Assembly (NCBI RefSeq): GCF_025354435.1
Contig: NZ_JANXMU010000024.1
Location: 2,949 to 66,948 of the forward strand
DNA from: Rhodoferax sp.
GTDB lineage: Bacteria > Pseudomonadota > Gammaproteobacteria > Burkholderiales > Burkholderiaceae_C
Length of the DNA stretch: 64,000 bases
Direction: 5' to 3'
Shown piece after piece: positions 28,029-35,912 of this stretch. The notes beneath the pieces are model-generated. The model was not told where the DNA came from and ran no database searches. It saw only the letters and a list, made by a program, of their open reading frames with translations. Position 1 is the first letter of the stretch. Each line of letters starts with the position of its first letter. The position numbers and the translations under genes are program-made.

Positions 28029-29251
28029 GGGGCGGCTCCGGTGGCCGGTTGCGGAATGGGTTGCAAGATGAACAGATTGCCTTCGGCCCGCACGCCGTAG
28101 CCTTGGGCACGCAGGCTTTCGGCGGTGGCCGTGTCGCTGCCGGTGGGCAGGCCTTTGAGCCGGGCTTCGCCGGGGGCAAAGTCCAGCGCGGTGGCGGCTT
28201 GTTGCGGTGGCAAGGCGGTACCCAGTACGCTGAGCATGGCCTCCAGGTCGCGGGCCGAGGTGGCCCCGGCGGTCTGGCGCAGCAGCGCCAGTTCCCGGGC
28301 CATTTGCACCGGGGCATCGACCACCACTTTCACGCCGGGGAAGGTCTGTGTCAGGATGGTGCGCAGGGCGACGCGCTTGGCTTGCAAGCTGTTGCTTTCC
28401 TTCCAGGCCCAGGCGTTCAGACCGACGATCTGGGCCAGCAGCAGCAGGGCCAGGCCCCAGCGGGCGGCCCGCCATTGCGGTGCCTGCAGCCAGACGGTAG
28501 CCTGTGCCGCCAGGCCTTTCCAGGCGCGGCTGCGGGTGGAGTTGCTCAGGTCGAACTGCGCCAGGTCCCAGCGCCCGCGGGCCGAATCCAGCCAGCGTTC
28601 AGAGGCCTGCTGCAAGGTCACGGGGCGCTGCGCCAGTTGTTCGGCCAGCCCGGCCACGGCGGGTTCGGCGACCAGGTCCACTGCCTCCGTGTGCATGGCC
28701 TGGGCCATGGCCAGCGTGGCGGTGTTCAGGGGTAGCAGGCTGACCCCGTGCAGGCTGGTGCTGAGCAGTTGGGGAAATTCGGGCGTGCCCAGCACCTGCA
28801 GGCGCAGGCTGTCGGGGGCGCATTCGGGCACGATGCGGGCCACCGGGCGCTTGGCGGCCTCCAGCACGGCCAGTGCGGCGCGCAGCCAAGCGCGGTTGCA
28901 GGCCGCTACCCACACCGGGCCGTCGGTGGGGGCATCGGGTTGCAGCGCAAAGTGCAGTTCAGTGGGTTCTTCCAGCAGGCGGTCTTCCAGCAGACCTTCG
29001 AGCACGGCGCGCAGCCGGGGCGAGTCGATGGCACCGCCCAAGGTGCCCTGTTTCAGGCTGCCTTTGGGCAGGGTGACCTGGTGCCACGACAAGGCCTGCG
29101 CAGGCACCACGGCCACCAGCTCGGCGCTACGCGGTAGTAGGGCGACGGGCGCGTGGTCGTGGCTGCCTGCGCTGCGTCCGTCAGAGGTGAGCACGTAGTC
29201 GAACATGCCGGTGGCAGGCTCTAGGGGAAGGAGGACGATCAGGGTGCTCAT
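28025..29251 (-). CDS. gspL: Type II secretion system protein GspL
   Basis: 408 aa. MSTLIVLLPLEP.. is the cytoplasmic actin-like domain, with a single TM (ARWGLALLLLAQIVGLNAWAW). Confidence 0.85.
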   Translation of the reverse strand: MSTLIVLLPLEPATGMFDYVLTSDGRSAGSHDHAPVALLPRSAELVAVVPAQALSWHQVTLPKGSLKQGTLGGAIDSPRLRAVLEGLLEDRLLEEPTELHFALQPDAPTDGPVWVAACNRAWLRAALAVLEAAKRPVARIVPECAPDSLRLQVLGTPEFPQLLSTSLHGVSLLPLNTATLAMAQAMHTEAVDLVAEPAVAGLAEQLAQRPVTLQQASERWLDSARGRWDLAQFDLSNSTRSRAWKGLAAQATVWLQAPQWRAARWGLALLLLAQIVGLNAWAWKESNSLQAKRVALRTILTQTFPGVKVVVDAPVQMARELALLRQTAGATSARDLEAMLSVLGTALPPQQAATALDFAPGEARLKGLPTGSDTATAESLRAQGYGVRAEGNLFILQPIPQPATGAAP

Positions 29252-29296
29252 ATGCGACGTAAAGGGTCGGCCATTGTATGTAGTGGCATGCAGACT

Positions 29297-30331
29297 TCAG
29301 GGGGCGGCTTGGCCGACAGGATCGGCGACCGCACGCTCGCGCTGGACGGTGGTCACCGTGCTGCCTTCGCGCCGTACCAGCGAGCGTTCCAGCACGGTGG
29401 TGGTGCCCATGCGCAGGCGGCCCAGCACTTCGAAATAGTTGGTCGCCACGCCGTGTTCGGTACTGTTGAAGACGATGGTGGGTTGGTTCAGGATGTCATT
29501 GGCATCGGCGGTGCTGCGAAAGTATTTGCTGGCCCGCGCGGCCACCAGTTTTTGGGCTTGGGCCATGCTCAGGTTGGGCACGCTGGCCACCAGCACCTGG
29601 GCGCTGGCGGTGTTGATGTTGACGGGGGTGGGTACCGGTAGCACGGTCACGTAGGGCTGCAGGGCTGCCACGGTGCCGGGCGACAGGCCCAGCCAGCCCA
29701 GTTGTGATGCATTTTTCGGCAGCAGGGGTACGGTGGCATCGGTGTTTCTGGCATTGCGGGTGTCCATCGCCAGTTGCAGTTCGGTGCTGAGGAGGGTGAG
29801 TTCCAGCGGCGGCAGGTTCAGCAGTTCAAACAGGCGGTGGAAGGCGGCCAGAGTGACCACAGAGATCTTGCTGTCCTGCACCAGGTTGGTGACGTTCAGG
29901 CGCGACTGCATGTCGGTGATCTGGCCGGACAAAAACGCGTCCACCTGTTCGTCGCTGTCGATGCCGCCGGTGTTGTTGCGGTCGGCGGCCAAAAAGGTGG
30001 ACAGGCGGGATTCCTGCAGCGGTACGGCCCAGGGTTCGCCCAGGTAGTCGTTGGTGCCCGAGCGCCCGTCTTCGCGCAGGATCAGCCGTGCCCAATCGAG
30101 CGCGCCGGTCAGAATCCAGGTGGACTGCACGCGCTGGCGCTCTGCCGCTTCCACTTCCACGCTGCGCCACTGCTGCCACAGCGAGGCTGCGGCCAGGGTG
30201 GCGACCAGGGTGACGGTCAACATGGCCATCAACAGAGCGGCACCGCCTTGGCGATATTTGCTATTTAATTGAGAGCTACTTGCGTAAGTGAAATATCCGC
30301 TAGAGGCCGATTTTTTATATAAATAGACCAT
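29297..30331 (-). CDS. gspK: Type II secretion system minor pseudopilin GspK
   Basis: The conserved core starts at RQGGAALLMAMLTVTLVATLAAASLW. The only in-frame start upstream of that core is ATG 30331, which lies inside a repeat copy (the in-frame ATGs just downstream, in LLMAMLT, would truncate it). Confidence 0.85.
   Translation of the reverse strand: MVYLYKKSASSGYFTYASSSQLNSKYRQGGAALLMAMLTVTLVATLAAASLWQQWRSVEVEAAERQRVQSTWILTGALDWARLILREDGRSGTNDYLGEPWAVPLQESRLSTFLAADRNNTGGIDSDEQVDAFLSGQITDMQSRLNVTNLVQDSKISVVTLAAFHRLFELLNLPPLELTLLSTELQLAMDTRNARNTDATVPLLPKNASQLGWLGLSPGTVAALQPYVTVLPVPTPVNINTASAQVLVASVPNLSMAQAQKLVAARASKYFRSTADANDILNQPTIVFNSTEHGVATNYFEVLGRLRMGTTTVLERSLVRREGSTVTTVQRERAVADPVGQAAP
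30253..30329 (-). repeat. AT-rich repeat family copy at the gspJ/gspK junction
   Basis: ..gctatttaattgagagctacttgcgtaagtgaaatatccgctagaggccgattttttatataaat.. On the minus strand it reads VYLYKKSASSGYFTYASSSQLNSKY. Confidence 0.75.
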
Positions 30332-31002
30332 CAGGATTTGCCGCCACCTAACGTCGGCCGGATCCAGTCATGCGTGATCACCCCGGCCAGCGCTTGGCCG
30401 GGCGGCAGGGTCAGCACCAGGCGCACGCCGTCGGGGACGCTGGTGTCGGGGGCGGGTCCCACATTGGCCGGGGCGGGGGTCGTGGCGCTGCTGGACAGCG
30501 GGTTGCTCCAGGCCCCGTCGCGGTAGTAAAAAATGCGCCAGTCGGCCAGCGGGGTCAGCGCGACTTCGGCACGCTTGGACTCGTCGCTGGGGTTTTGCGC
30601 CCACAGTGCGGCGTTGCTCCAGGCCTGGGCCAGCTCGGCGCGGCTATGCACCTGGGGCGACTGCCAGCGCAGCCACTGGTCGGTGCCGTCCACCGTGCGG
30701 CGCGTCCAGGCCACCACCAGCGGGCCGGTGGCCTGCGGGTCGCTGCTGCGCCGGGTGAGGCGCAGGCCGCGCCCGTCCCAGTCGAGGGCGTTGGTCATGG
30801 GCTGCTCCAGCAGGGCGTCCAGGTCGGCCGTCCACTGGCCTAGCCCGGCCTGCAGGGTCAGCACCTCGTCGGCGCGCTGCTGGGTCTGGGTTTGCGCCCG
30901 GGTCATGCCGTCCAGCCCACGCCAGCTCAGCACCGCCAGCAGCGCCATCACCATCAGCGCCACCAGCAGCTCGACCAGGGTGAAACCTTTTTGGCGCTGC
31001 AT
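30331..31002 (-). CDS. gspJ: Type II secretion system minor pseudopilin GspJ
   Basis: MQRQKGFTLVELLVALMVMALLAV is a prepilin-type N-terminus. Confidence 0.9.
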   Translation of the reverse strand: MQRQKGFTLVELLVALMVMALLAVLSWRGLDGMTRAQTQTQQRADEVLTLQAGLGQWTADLDALLEQPMTNALDWDGRGLRLTRRSSDPQATGPLVVAWTRRTVDGTDQWLRWQSPQVHSRAELAQAWSNAALWAQNPSDESKRAEVALTPLADWRIFYYRDGAWSNPLSSSATTPAPANVGPAPDTSVPDGVRLVLTLPPGQALAGVITHDWIRPTLGGGKS

Positions 31003-31355
31003 CAGAACCGCCCGACGATGGTAGATAAACGCAGGATCGGGGCATTGCCATCAAACACCTGCGCATCGACGCGCCGAAAGCTCGGGTTGGGCGTGGGCAG
31101 CACGTTCAGGCGCACTTCGTAGACGTGGCCCGACTGTTCGCAGCTCTGGGTGCTGTCGCCCACGCTGGGCATCTGGGCCGATAGGCGCATGGCGATGAGC
31201 TGGTTTTCGGCGCACAGGTGGGCCAGCAGCACATCGGTTTGCCGGGTGGCGTTGGTGGTCAGTGCCTGGGTGGCCTGCAGCCCGGCGATCAGGGCAATCG
31301 ACACGATGGCCAGGGCCACCAGTACTTCGATCAGGGTGAAACCTTGGGCCTTCAT
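31002..31355 (-). CDS. gspI: Type II secretion system minor pseudopilin GspI
   Basis: Internal ATG 31355 gives MKAQGFTLIEVLVALAIVSIAL. It overlaps the gspH stop (ATGA). Confidence 0.9.
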   Translation of the reverse strand: MKAQGFTLIEVLVALAIVSIALIAGLQATQALTTNATRQTDVLLAHLCAENQLIAMRLSAQMPSVGDSTQSCEQSGHVYEVRLNVLPTPNPSFRRVDAQVFDGNAPILRLSTIVGRF

Positions 31356-31828
31356 GGCGTGGCGGCTTGCACCGTTTGAACCGTAAAAGGCCGTGCGCCG
31401 TCGGTGGCGATGCGCAGGGCCTGGCTGGGCTGGCTGATGGACTGCAAAACGATTTCCTGGCGGCCAATCACCGGCTCGGGGCCGAGCAGCACGGGGGCGG
31501 TGTTGCGCGCCACGGTGTCGTTGCCCAGCCAATGGCTGGGCAGGGCACCGGAACCGCTACTGGGCAGGCCGTCAAAGGCAAAACCCTCGGGCGTAAGCCG
31601 CCAACGCACCGGCACACCGGTGGCACGCGATTGGGCACGGGCCGATTCGAACAGGGCGGCCAGCCGCGCTGCATCGCGCTCCAGCAGGGTCTGGCTGTTG
31701 TCGCGCAGAGCGAATGCGACCCCTGCGCTGGCGATGGCGATGATGGCCACGACGACCAACAGTTCTAGAAGGGTGAAGCCCTTCTGGCGGGCTTTCAACG
31801 GGCTACTGCCAACTGCCGATGTCGGCAT
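31352..31828 (-). CDS. gspH: Type II secretion system minor pseudopilin GspH
   Basis: ..KARQKGFTLLELLVVVAIIAIAS.. ATG 31828 follows GAAGG. An alternative TTG at 31798 would give MKARQKGF.. and avoid overlapping gspG. Confidence 0.85.
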   Translation of the reverse strand: MPTSAVGSSPLKARQKGFTLLELLVVVAIIAIASAGVAFALRDNSQTLLERDAARLAALFESARAQSRATGVPVRWRLTPEGFAFDGLPSSGSGALPSHWLGNDTVARNTAPVLLGPEPVIGRQEIVLQSISQPSQALRIATDGARPFTVQTVQAATP

Positions 31829-32243
31829 TTTTACCTTCGCCACCGGGCTGGCCGTCGGCACCGAAGGACATCACGTCGATCTCGCCTTGCACGCCGGGGT
31901 TCAGGTACTGGTAGGGGCGGCTCCAGGGGTCGTTGGGTAGCTTCTCGACGTAGGGCTTCCAGTTCGGGGGGATAGGGTTGGTGCTGGGCTTGGTGACCAG
32001 GGCCTGCAGGCCTTGTTCGGCGGTGGGGTAGCGCTGGTTGTCCAGCTTGTAGAGCTTCAGGGCCTGGACCAGGTTGTTTACGTCGGTCTTGGCGGCGGTG
32101 GCGCGGGCGTCGTCGGCACGCTCCAGTACGTTGGGCACGATCAGCGCGGCCAGCACGCCGATGATGACCAGCACCACCATCAGTTCGATCAAGGTAAAAC
32201 CGCGGTGCAGAAAACGGCGGGGGGAGAGTCGGTGGTGTGTCAT
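31803..32243 (-). CDS. gspG: Type II secretion system major pseudopilin GspG
   Basis: 146 aa. ..RGFTLIELMVVLVIIGVLAALIVPNV..LDNQRYPT..DPWSRPYQY. Confidence 0.95.
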   Translation of the reverse strand: MTHHRLSPRRFLHRGFTLIELMVVLVIIGVLAALIVPNVLERADDARATAAKTDVNNLVQALKLYKLDNQRYPTAEQGLQALVTKPSTNPIPPNWKPYVEKLPNDPWSRPYQYLNPGVQGEIDVMSFGADGQPGGEGKNADIGSWQ

Positions 32244-32265
32244 GGGCAGCGATGATAATCAATCC

Positions 32266-32721
32266 ATGTTACTCAACACATCCGACTCCGTTACATCGCG
32301 CTGGGCCCCTCGGCTGGTGACTTTTGTGGTCTGGGCTTTGGCGCTGGCCAGTGCGGCGTACTGGGGGCTGAAGTCCACCGCCGACGCCGCCGGTCCGCAG
32401 ACGGCCGTGTCCACGCAAACCCGTGCACCCATCGACACGGCCGCCGTCGCCCGCGTGCTGGGTGCCGTGCCGCAGGGCATGGCTTCTGAACCCTTGGTCA
32501 ATCCCTCTACCCGGTTTGTACTTTCCGGTGTGATTGCAGGCCGTGGCCACGGTGGCGCGGCCCTCATCGCGGTCGATGGCAAGCCGCCCAAGCCGTACCG
32601 GGTGGGGAACGTAGTGGACGGTGACCTGCTGTTGCAGTCGGTCGGCCCGCGCCGGGCCGAACTGGCTAACAGCCTGGAAGGTCGGGCAGCGTTCGCGCTG
32701 GAATTGCCCGTTCGAAAATAA
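32266..32721 (+). CDS. gspC: Short GspC-like protein (TM helix plus HR domain only)
   Basis: Internal ATG 32266 gives MLLNTSDSVTSRWAPRLVTFVVWALALASAAYW, then ..FVLSGVIAGRGHGGAALIAVDGKPPKPYRVGNVVDGDLLLQSVGPRRAEL (HR-like). It is divergent from gspG. At 151 aa it is too short for a PDZ domain. Confidence 0.65.
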   Translation: MLLNTSDSVTSRWAPRLVTFVVWALALASAAYWGLKSTADAAGPQTAVSTQTRAPIDTAAVARVLGAVPQGMASEPLVNPSTRFVLSGVIAGRGHGGAALIAVDGKPPKPYRVGNVVDGDLLLQSVGPRRAELANSLEGRAAFALELPVRK

Positions 32722-33244
32722 GCCATTCGCCGTAGCCGGGCGCCGCGTGCGGCCACTGGTCGGCGCGGGCTATGCTGCGGATGCCCACTGCCAGCAGGCT
32801 GCAGGCCCGCGCCACCCCGGCGTGCGTAATCCACAGCGTGGGCCTTGTCCCCACGGCATCCCAGGCCGCCGCCACCCGCTGCATGAACATTTGCACCGAT
32901 TCACCGCCGCCGGGCCGGTGCCGGGCGAAGTCGGCCGTCCAGGCCTCTAGTGCGGGCTGGCCGATGGCATCCCAGTGCTGGCCTTCCCAGTGGCCAAAAT
33001 CCATCTCGCGCAGGCGGGGGTCAAAAATAGGGGTTAAATCAGGCCTTAGCGTAGATAGCGCCTGCGCTAGGTGCTCACATCTTTGTAGCGGCGAGCTGGC
33101 GACATAAATGCCCAGGGGCAGTGCGGCTGCCAGCGTGTGCGCCGCCGCCAGGGTGGCTGGCCCATCCGCCGCCACATCCAGCGCGCCGTAGCAAACGCCT
33201 GCCGCCACCCGCGGCTGGGCATGGCGGGCCAGCCACAGCGTCAT
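32666..33244 (-). CDS. cobC: Histidine phosphatase family protein, probable alpha-ribazole phosphatase
   Basis: MTLWLARHAQP..SSPLQRC..LREMDFGHWEG.. The gene lies immediately downstream of cobS. Its 3' end overlaps convergent gspC by 56 bp. Confidence 0.7.
   Translation of the reverse strand: MTLWLARHAQPRVAAGVCYGALDVAADGPATLAAAHTLAAALPLGIYVASSPLQRCEHLAQALSTLRPDLTPIFDPRLREMDFGHWEGQHWDAIGQPALEAWTADFARHRPGGGESVQMFMQRVAAAWDAVGTRPTLWITHAGVARACSLLAVGIRSIARADQWPHAAPGYGEWLIFERAIPARTLPDLPGC
33021..33112 (+). repeat. AT-rich repeat family copy (diverged, with a ~10-nt internal insertion) inside cobC
   Basis: tcaaaaatagg-ggttaaatca-ggccttagcgtagatagcgcctgcgctaggtgct.. aligns to aaaaaataggcctctagcgtatgtactacctacactagcagct. 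It encodes ..LQRCEHLAQALSTLRPDLTPIF. Confidence 0.6.
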
Positions 33245-33251
33245 GTGAACA

Positions 33252-34052
33252 TCATGGGAGGGCTACCGCCGCACCCAGGTAGAACGCGATCTCGCAGATC
33301 TGCTGCGTGGCACCCAGGCAGTCGCCGGTAAAGCCCTGCAGCCGCCGCTGGAACATCCGCCCCATCCAGGCCAGTGCCACCCCACTGGCCAGTATGCCTG
33401 TTATTAAAAACGGAGCTGCTTGCGCGTATACAACAAGCGCTAGCGGCATAAAACACCATAAAAATGCAATACCCAGCGCGCTGCGGCTGATCTGGTCGGC
33501 CAGCGGCTTGCTTTTGGACGTGGCGGTGTCGCCCACGTGCGGCAGCAGGCGCACCAGCACCAGCGGGCAAAACCGCGACCACACATGCCCACCGACCAGC
33601 GCCGCCAGCAGGGCTGTGCCGCTGGTCGCGTCCAGCAGGGCCAGCAGGGCGATCTTGGCGGTCAGCGCCAATACCAGCGCCATCGCACCGTATGCGCCAA
33701 CGCGCGAGTCCTTCATGATGTCCAGCGCGCGCTTTCTCTCCACACTGCCGCCCAGGCCATCGGCCACGTCGGCCAGGCCGTCTTCGTGGAAGCCGCCGGT
33801 GAGCAGCACGGTGGCAATGGTGCACAGCACCGCCGTCACCAGCGCGCTGCCCACCCGCCCGTGCAGCAGCGTACCGCTCACCGCCGCCACCGTGCAGGCC
33901 ACCAGCGCCACCAGCCAGCCCACGCCGGGGAAGTGCGCCGCGCTGGCGCGCAGCATGGCCGGGCTGTAGCCCACCCAGGCCGCCAACCGCCCGGTCACCG
34001 GGATGCGGGTGAAGAACTGGACGGCGAGCAGGTAGTGGCGGATGCCGTTCAC
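33252..34052 (-). CDS. cobS: Adenosylcobinamide-GDP ribazoletransferase (cobalamin synthase)
   Basis: 266 aa from GTG 34052, 1 nt after the ilvA stop. MNGIRHYLLAVQFFTRIPV..GGFHEDGLADVADGLGG. Confidence 0.9.
   Translation of the reverse strand: MNGIRHYLLAVQFFTRIPVTGRLAAWVGYSPAMLRASAAHFPGVGWLVALVACTVAAVSGTLLHGRVGSALVTAVLCTIATVLLTGGFHEDGLADVADGLGGSVERKRALDIMKDSRVGAYGAMALVLALTAKIALLALLDATSGTALLAALVGGHVWSRFCPLVLVRLLPHVGDTATSKSKPLADQISRSALGIAFLWCFMPLALVVYAQAAPFLITGILASGVALAWMGRMFQRRLQGFTGDCLGATQQICEIAFYLGAAVALP
33398..33473 (+). repeat. AT-rich repeat family copy inside cobS (encodes a TM segment)
   Basis: ttattaaaaacggagctgcttgcgcgtatacaacaagcgctagcggcataaaacaccataaaaatgcaat. On the minus strand it reads GIAFLWCFMPLALVVYAQAAPFLIT. 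Confidence 0.7.
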
Positions 34053-34053
34053 A

Positions 34054-35640
34054 TCAGCTTTGCAGGAACAACCGGTAGACCGGGTTCAGGGTTTCTTCGA
34101 TGCAGGGATAGTCCAGCGCGTCCAGGAACTTGGCAAAGGCCTTGTCGTCGGCTTTGGGCACCTGGATGCCAACCAGGATGCGGCCGTAGTCCGCGCCCTG
34201 GTTGCGGTAGTGGAACAGGCTGATGTTCCAGCCCGGGCGCAGCAGGGTCAGAAACTTCAGCAGCGCACCGGGCCGCTCGGGGAAGATGAAGCGCAGCAGG
34301 CGCTCGTCTTTGGCCAGGCTGGAGTGGCCGCCCACCATGTGGCGGATGTGCTCCTTGGCCAGTTCGTCGTGCGTCAGGTCCAGCGCCTGGAAGCCCTGCT
34401 TGCTGAAGTTGGCGGCAATCTTGGCCGACTCGCCCTTGGCCTGGGTGGTCAGGCCCACAAACACATGGGCCTTGGCCGCATCGTTGATACGGTAGCTGAA
34501 CTCGGTCACATTGCGCGGGCCGCCGGGCAGCTCGGCAATCACGCCGCAAAACTTCTTGAAGCTGCCGCGCTCTTCAGGCACGGTGACGGCAAACAGGGCT
34601 TCGCGCTCCTCGCCCACCTCGGCCCGCTCGGCCACGAAGCGCAGGCGGTCGAAGTTCATGTTGGCACCGCACAGGATGGCCGCGTAGGTTTCGCCCTTGG
34701 TTTTGTGCGTGGCCACGTACTGCTTTACGGCTGCCACAGCCATCGCGCCCGAGGGCTCGACGATGCTGCGGGTATCGACAAACACGTCCTTGATGGCGGC
34801 GCACACGGCATCGGTGTCCACCGTGATGTAGCTATCCACCAGGCCGCGGGCTACGCGGAAGGTCTCTTCACCCACCAGCTTGACGGCGGTGCCATCGGCA
34901 AACAGGCCCACGTCGGCCAGGGTGACGCGCTTTTTAGCTTTGACGGACTGCAGCATTGCGTCCGAATCTTCGGTTTGCACGCCGATGACCTTGATCTCGG
35001 GCCGCACTGCCTTGATGTAGTTGGCTACGCCAGAGATCAAACCGCCGCCGCCGATGGCCACAAACACCGCGTCCAGCTTTTGTGAGCCCAGGCTTTGCAG
35101 CTGGCGCAGGATTTCCATGGCAATCGTGCCCTGGCCGGCGATCACGTCCGGGTCGTCAAAGGGGTGCACAAAGGTCAGGCCCTGCTTTTTTTGCAGCTGC
35201 AGCGAGTGGTTGTAGGCATCGGTGTAGCTATCGCCAAACAGCACCACTTCGCCGCCCAGTGCCGCCACGGCATCCACTTTGAGCTGCGGCGTGGTGGTGG
35301 GCATCACGATGACTGCGCGGGCCCCCAGCTTGCGGGCGCTCATGGCCACACCCTGGGCGTGGTTGCCAGCCGAGGCGCAAATCACGCCTTTCTTGAGCTG
35401 CGCAGGGGTCAGGTGCGCCATCTTGTTGTACGCGCCGCGCAGCTTGAAGCTGAACACCGGCTGCGTGTCTTCGCGCTTGAGCAGCACGGTGTTGTTCAGC
35501 CGCAGGCTGAGATTGCGGGCGGGTTCCAGCGCGGTTTCAATCGCCACGTCGTAGACGCGGGCGGTCAGAATCTTCTTCAGATAGTCGGCGGGGGTGAGCG
35601 GCTTGGGGGCTTTTACGGCCTTGGCGGGTGCGGTGGTCAT
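34054..35640 (-). CDS. ilvA: Threonine ammonia-lyase, biosynthetic (two C-terminal ACT-like regulatory domains)
   Basis: ATG 35640 follows GGAGA. ..LLKREDTQPVFSFKLRGAYNKM.. carries the PLP lysine motif. 528 aa. Confidence 0.95.
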   Translation of the reverse strand: MTTAPAKAVKAPKPLTPADYLKKILTARVYDVAIETALEPARNLSLRLNNTVLLKREDTQPVFSFKLRGAYNKMAHLTPAQLKKGVICASAGNHAQGVAMSARKLGARAVIVMPTTTPQLKVDAVAALGGEVVLFGDSYTDAYNHSLQLQKKQGLTFVHPFDDPDVIAGQGTIAMEILRQLQSLGSQKLDAVFVAIGGGGLISGVANYIKAVRPEIKVIGVQTEDSDAMLQSVKAKKRVTLADVGLFADGTAVKLVGEETFRVARGLVDSYITVDTDAVCAAIKDVFVDTRSIVEPSGAMAVAAVKQYVATHKTKGETYAAILCGANMNFDRLRFVAERAEVGEEREALFAVTVPEERGSFKKFCGVIAELPGGPRNVTEFSYRINDAAKAHVFVGLTTQAKGESAKIAANFSKQGFQALDLTHDELAKEHIRHMVGGHSSLAKDERLLRFIFPERPGALLKFLTLLRPGWNISLFHYRNQGADYGRILVGIQVPKADDKAFAKFLDALDYPCIEETLNPVYRLFLQS

Positions 35641-35685
35641 GGGTTCTCCTGGGCCTTGGATGATAAGGGGCAGCCCGCCGGGCAT

Positions 35686-35780
35686 AAAAAAAGCCCCGAG
35701 TCGTGAAACTCGGGGCTTAAATCCACTTTTTCAGAGGGTGGAGGAGACAACTGGGGTAACAAAGTAGTTTTGTTACGATG
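35686..35780 (-). ncRNA. Candidate small RNA or regulated ilvA leader (~95 nt)
   Basis: On the minus strand there is a TACAAT -10-like box (35791..35786) and an 8-bp hairpin GTAACAAA-actac-TTTGTTAC (35776..35756). These are followed by a single-stranded CU-rich tract UGUCUCCUCCACCCUC (complement of 35733..35748). A Rho-independent terminator GCCCCGAG-n8-CUCGGGGC plus U7 (35716..35686) ends it, 46 nt before the ilvA ATG. Confidence 0.4.
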
Positions 35781-35912
35781 GTTTTATTGTAGTCGTTTTC
35801 CCTTAGTGATGTTGCGATGCAGCATGTTGTGTGGCGAAAAGCGTGAACAAGTTGGCATCGCGGGCAGAATCGGCCCTTTTCTTCCGTAATTTTGTTAAAG
35901 AAAGACAGCAGC

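Noticed and set aside
21891-32721. The T2SS as the export route for the four-module hydrolase at 60443
   Set aside because: T2SS substrates need a Sec or Tat signal peptide, and none is present with any candidate start. The loci are about 28 kb apart with unrelated genes between them. The idea remains only a testable possibility.
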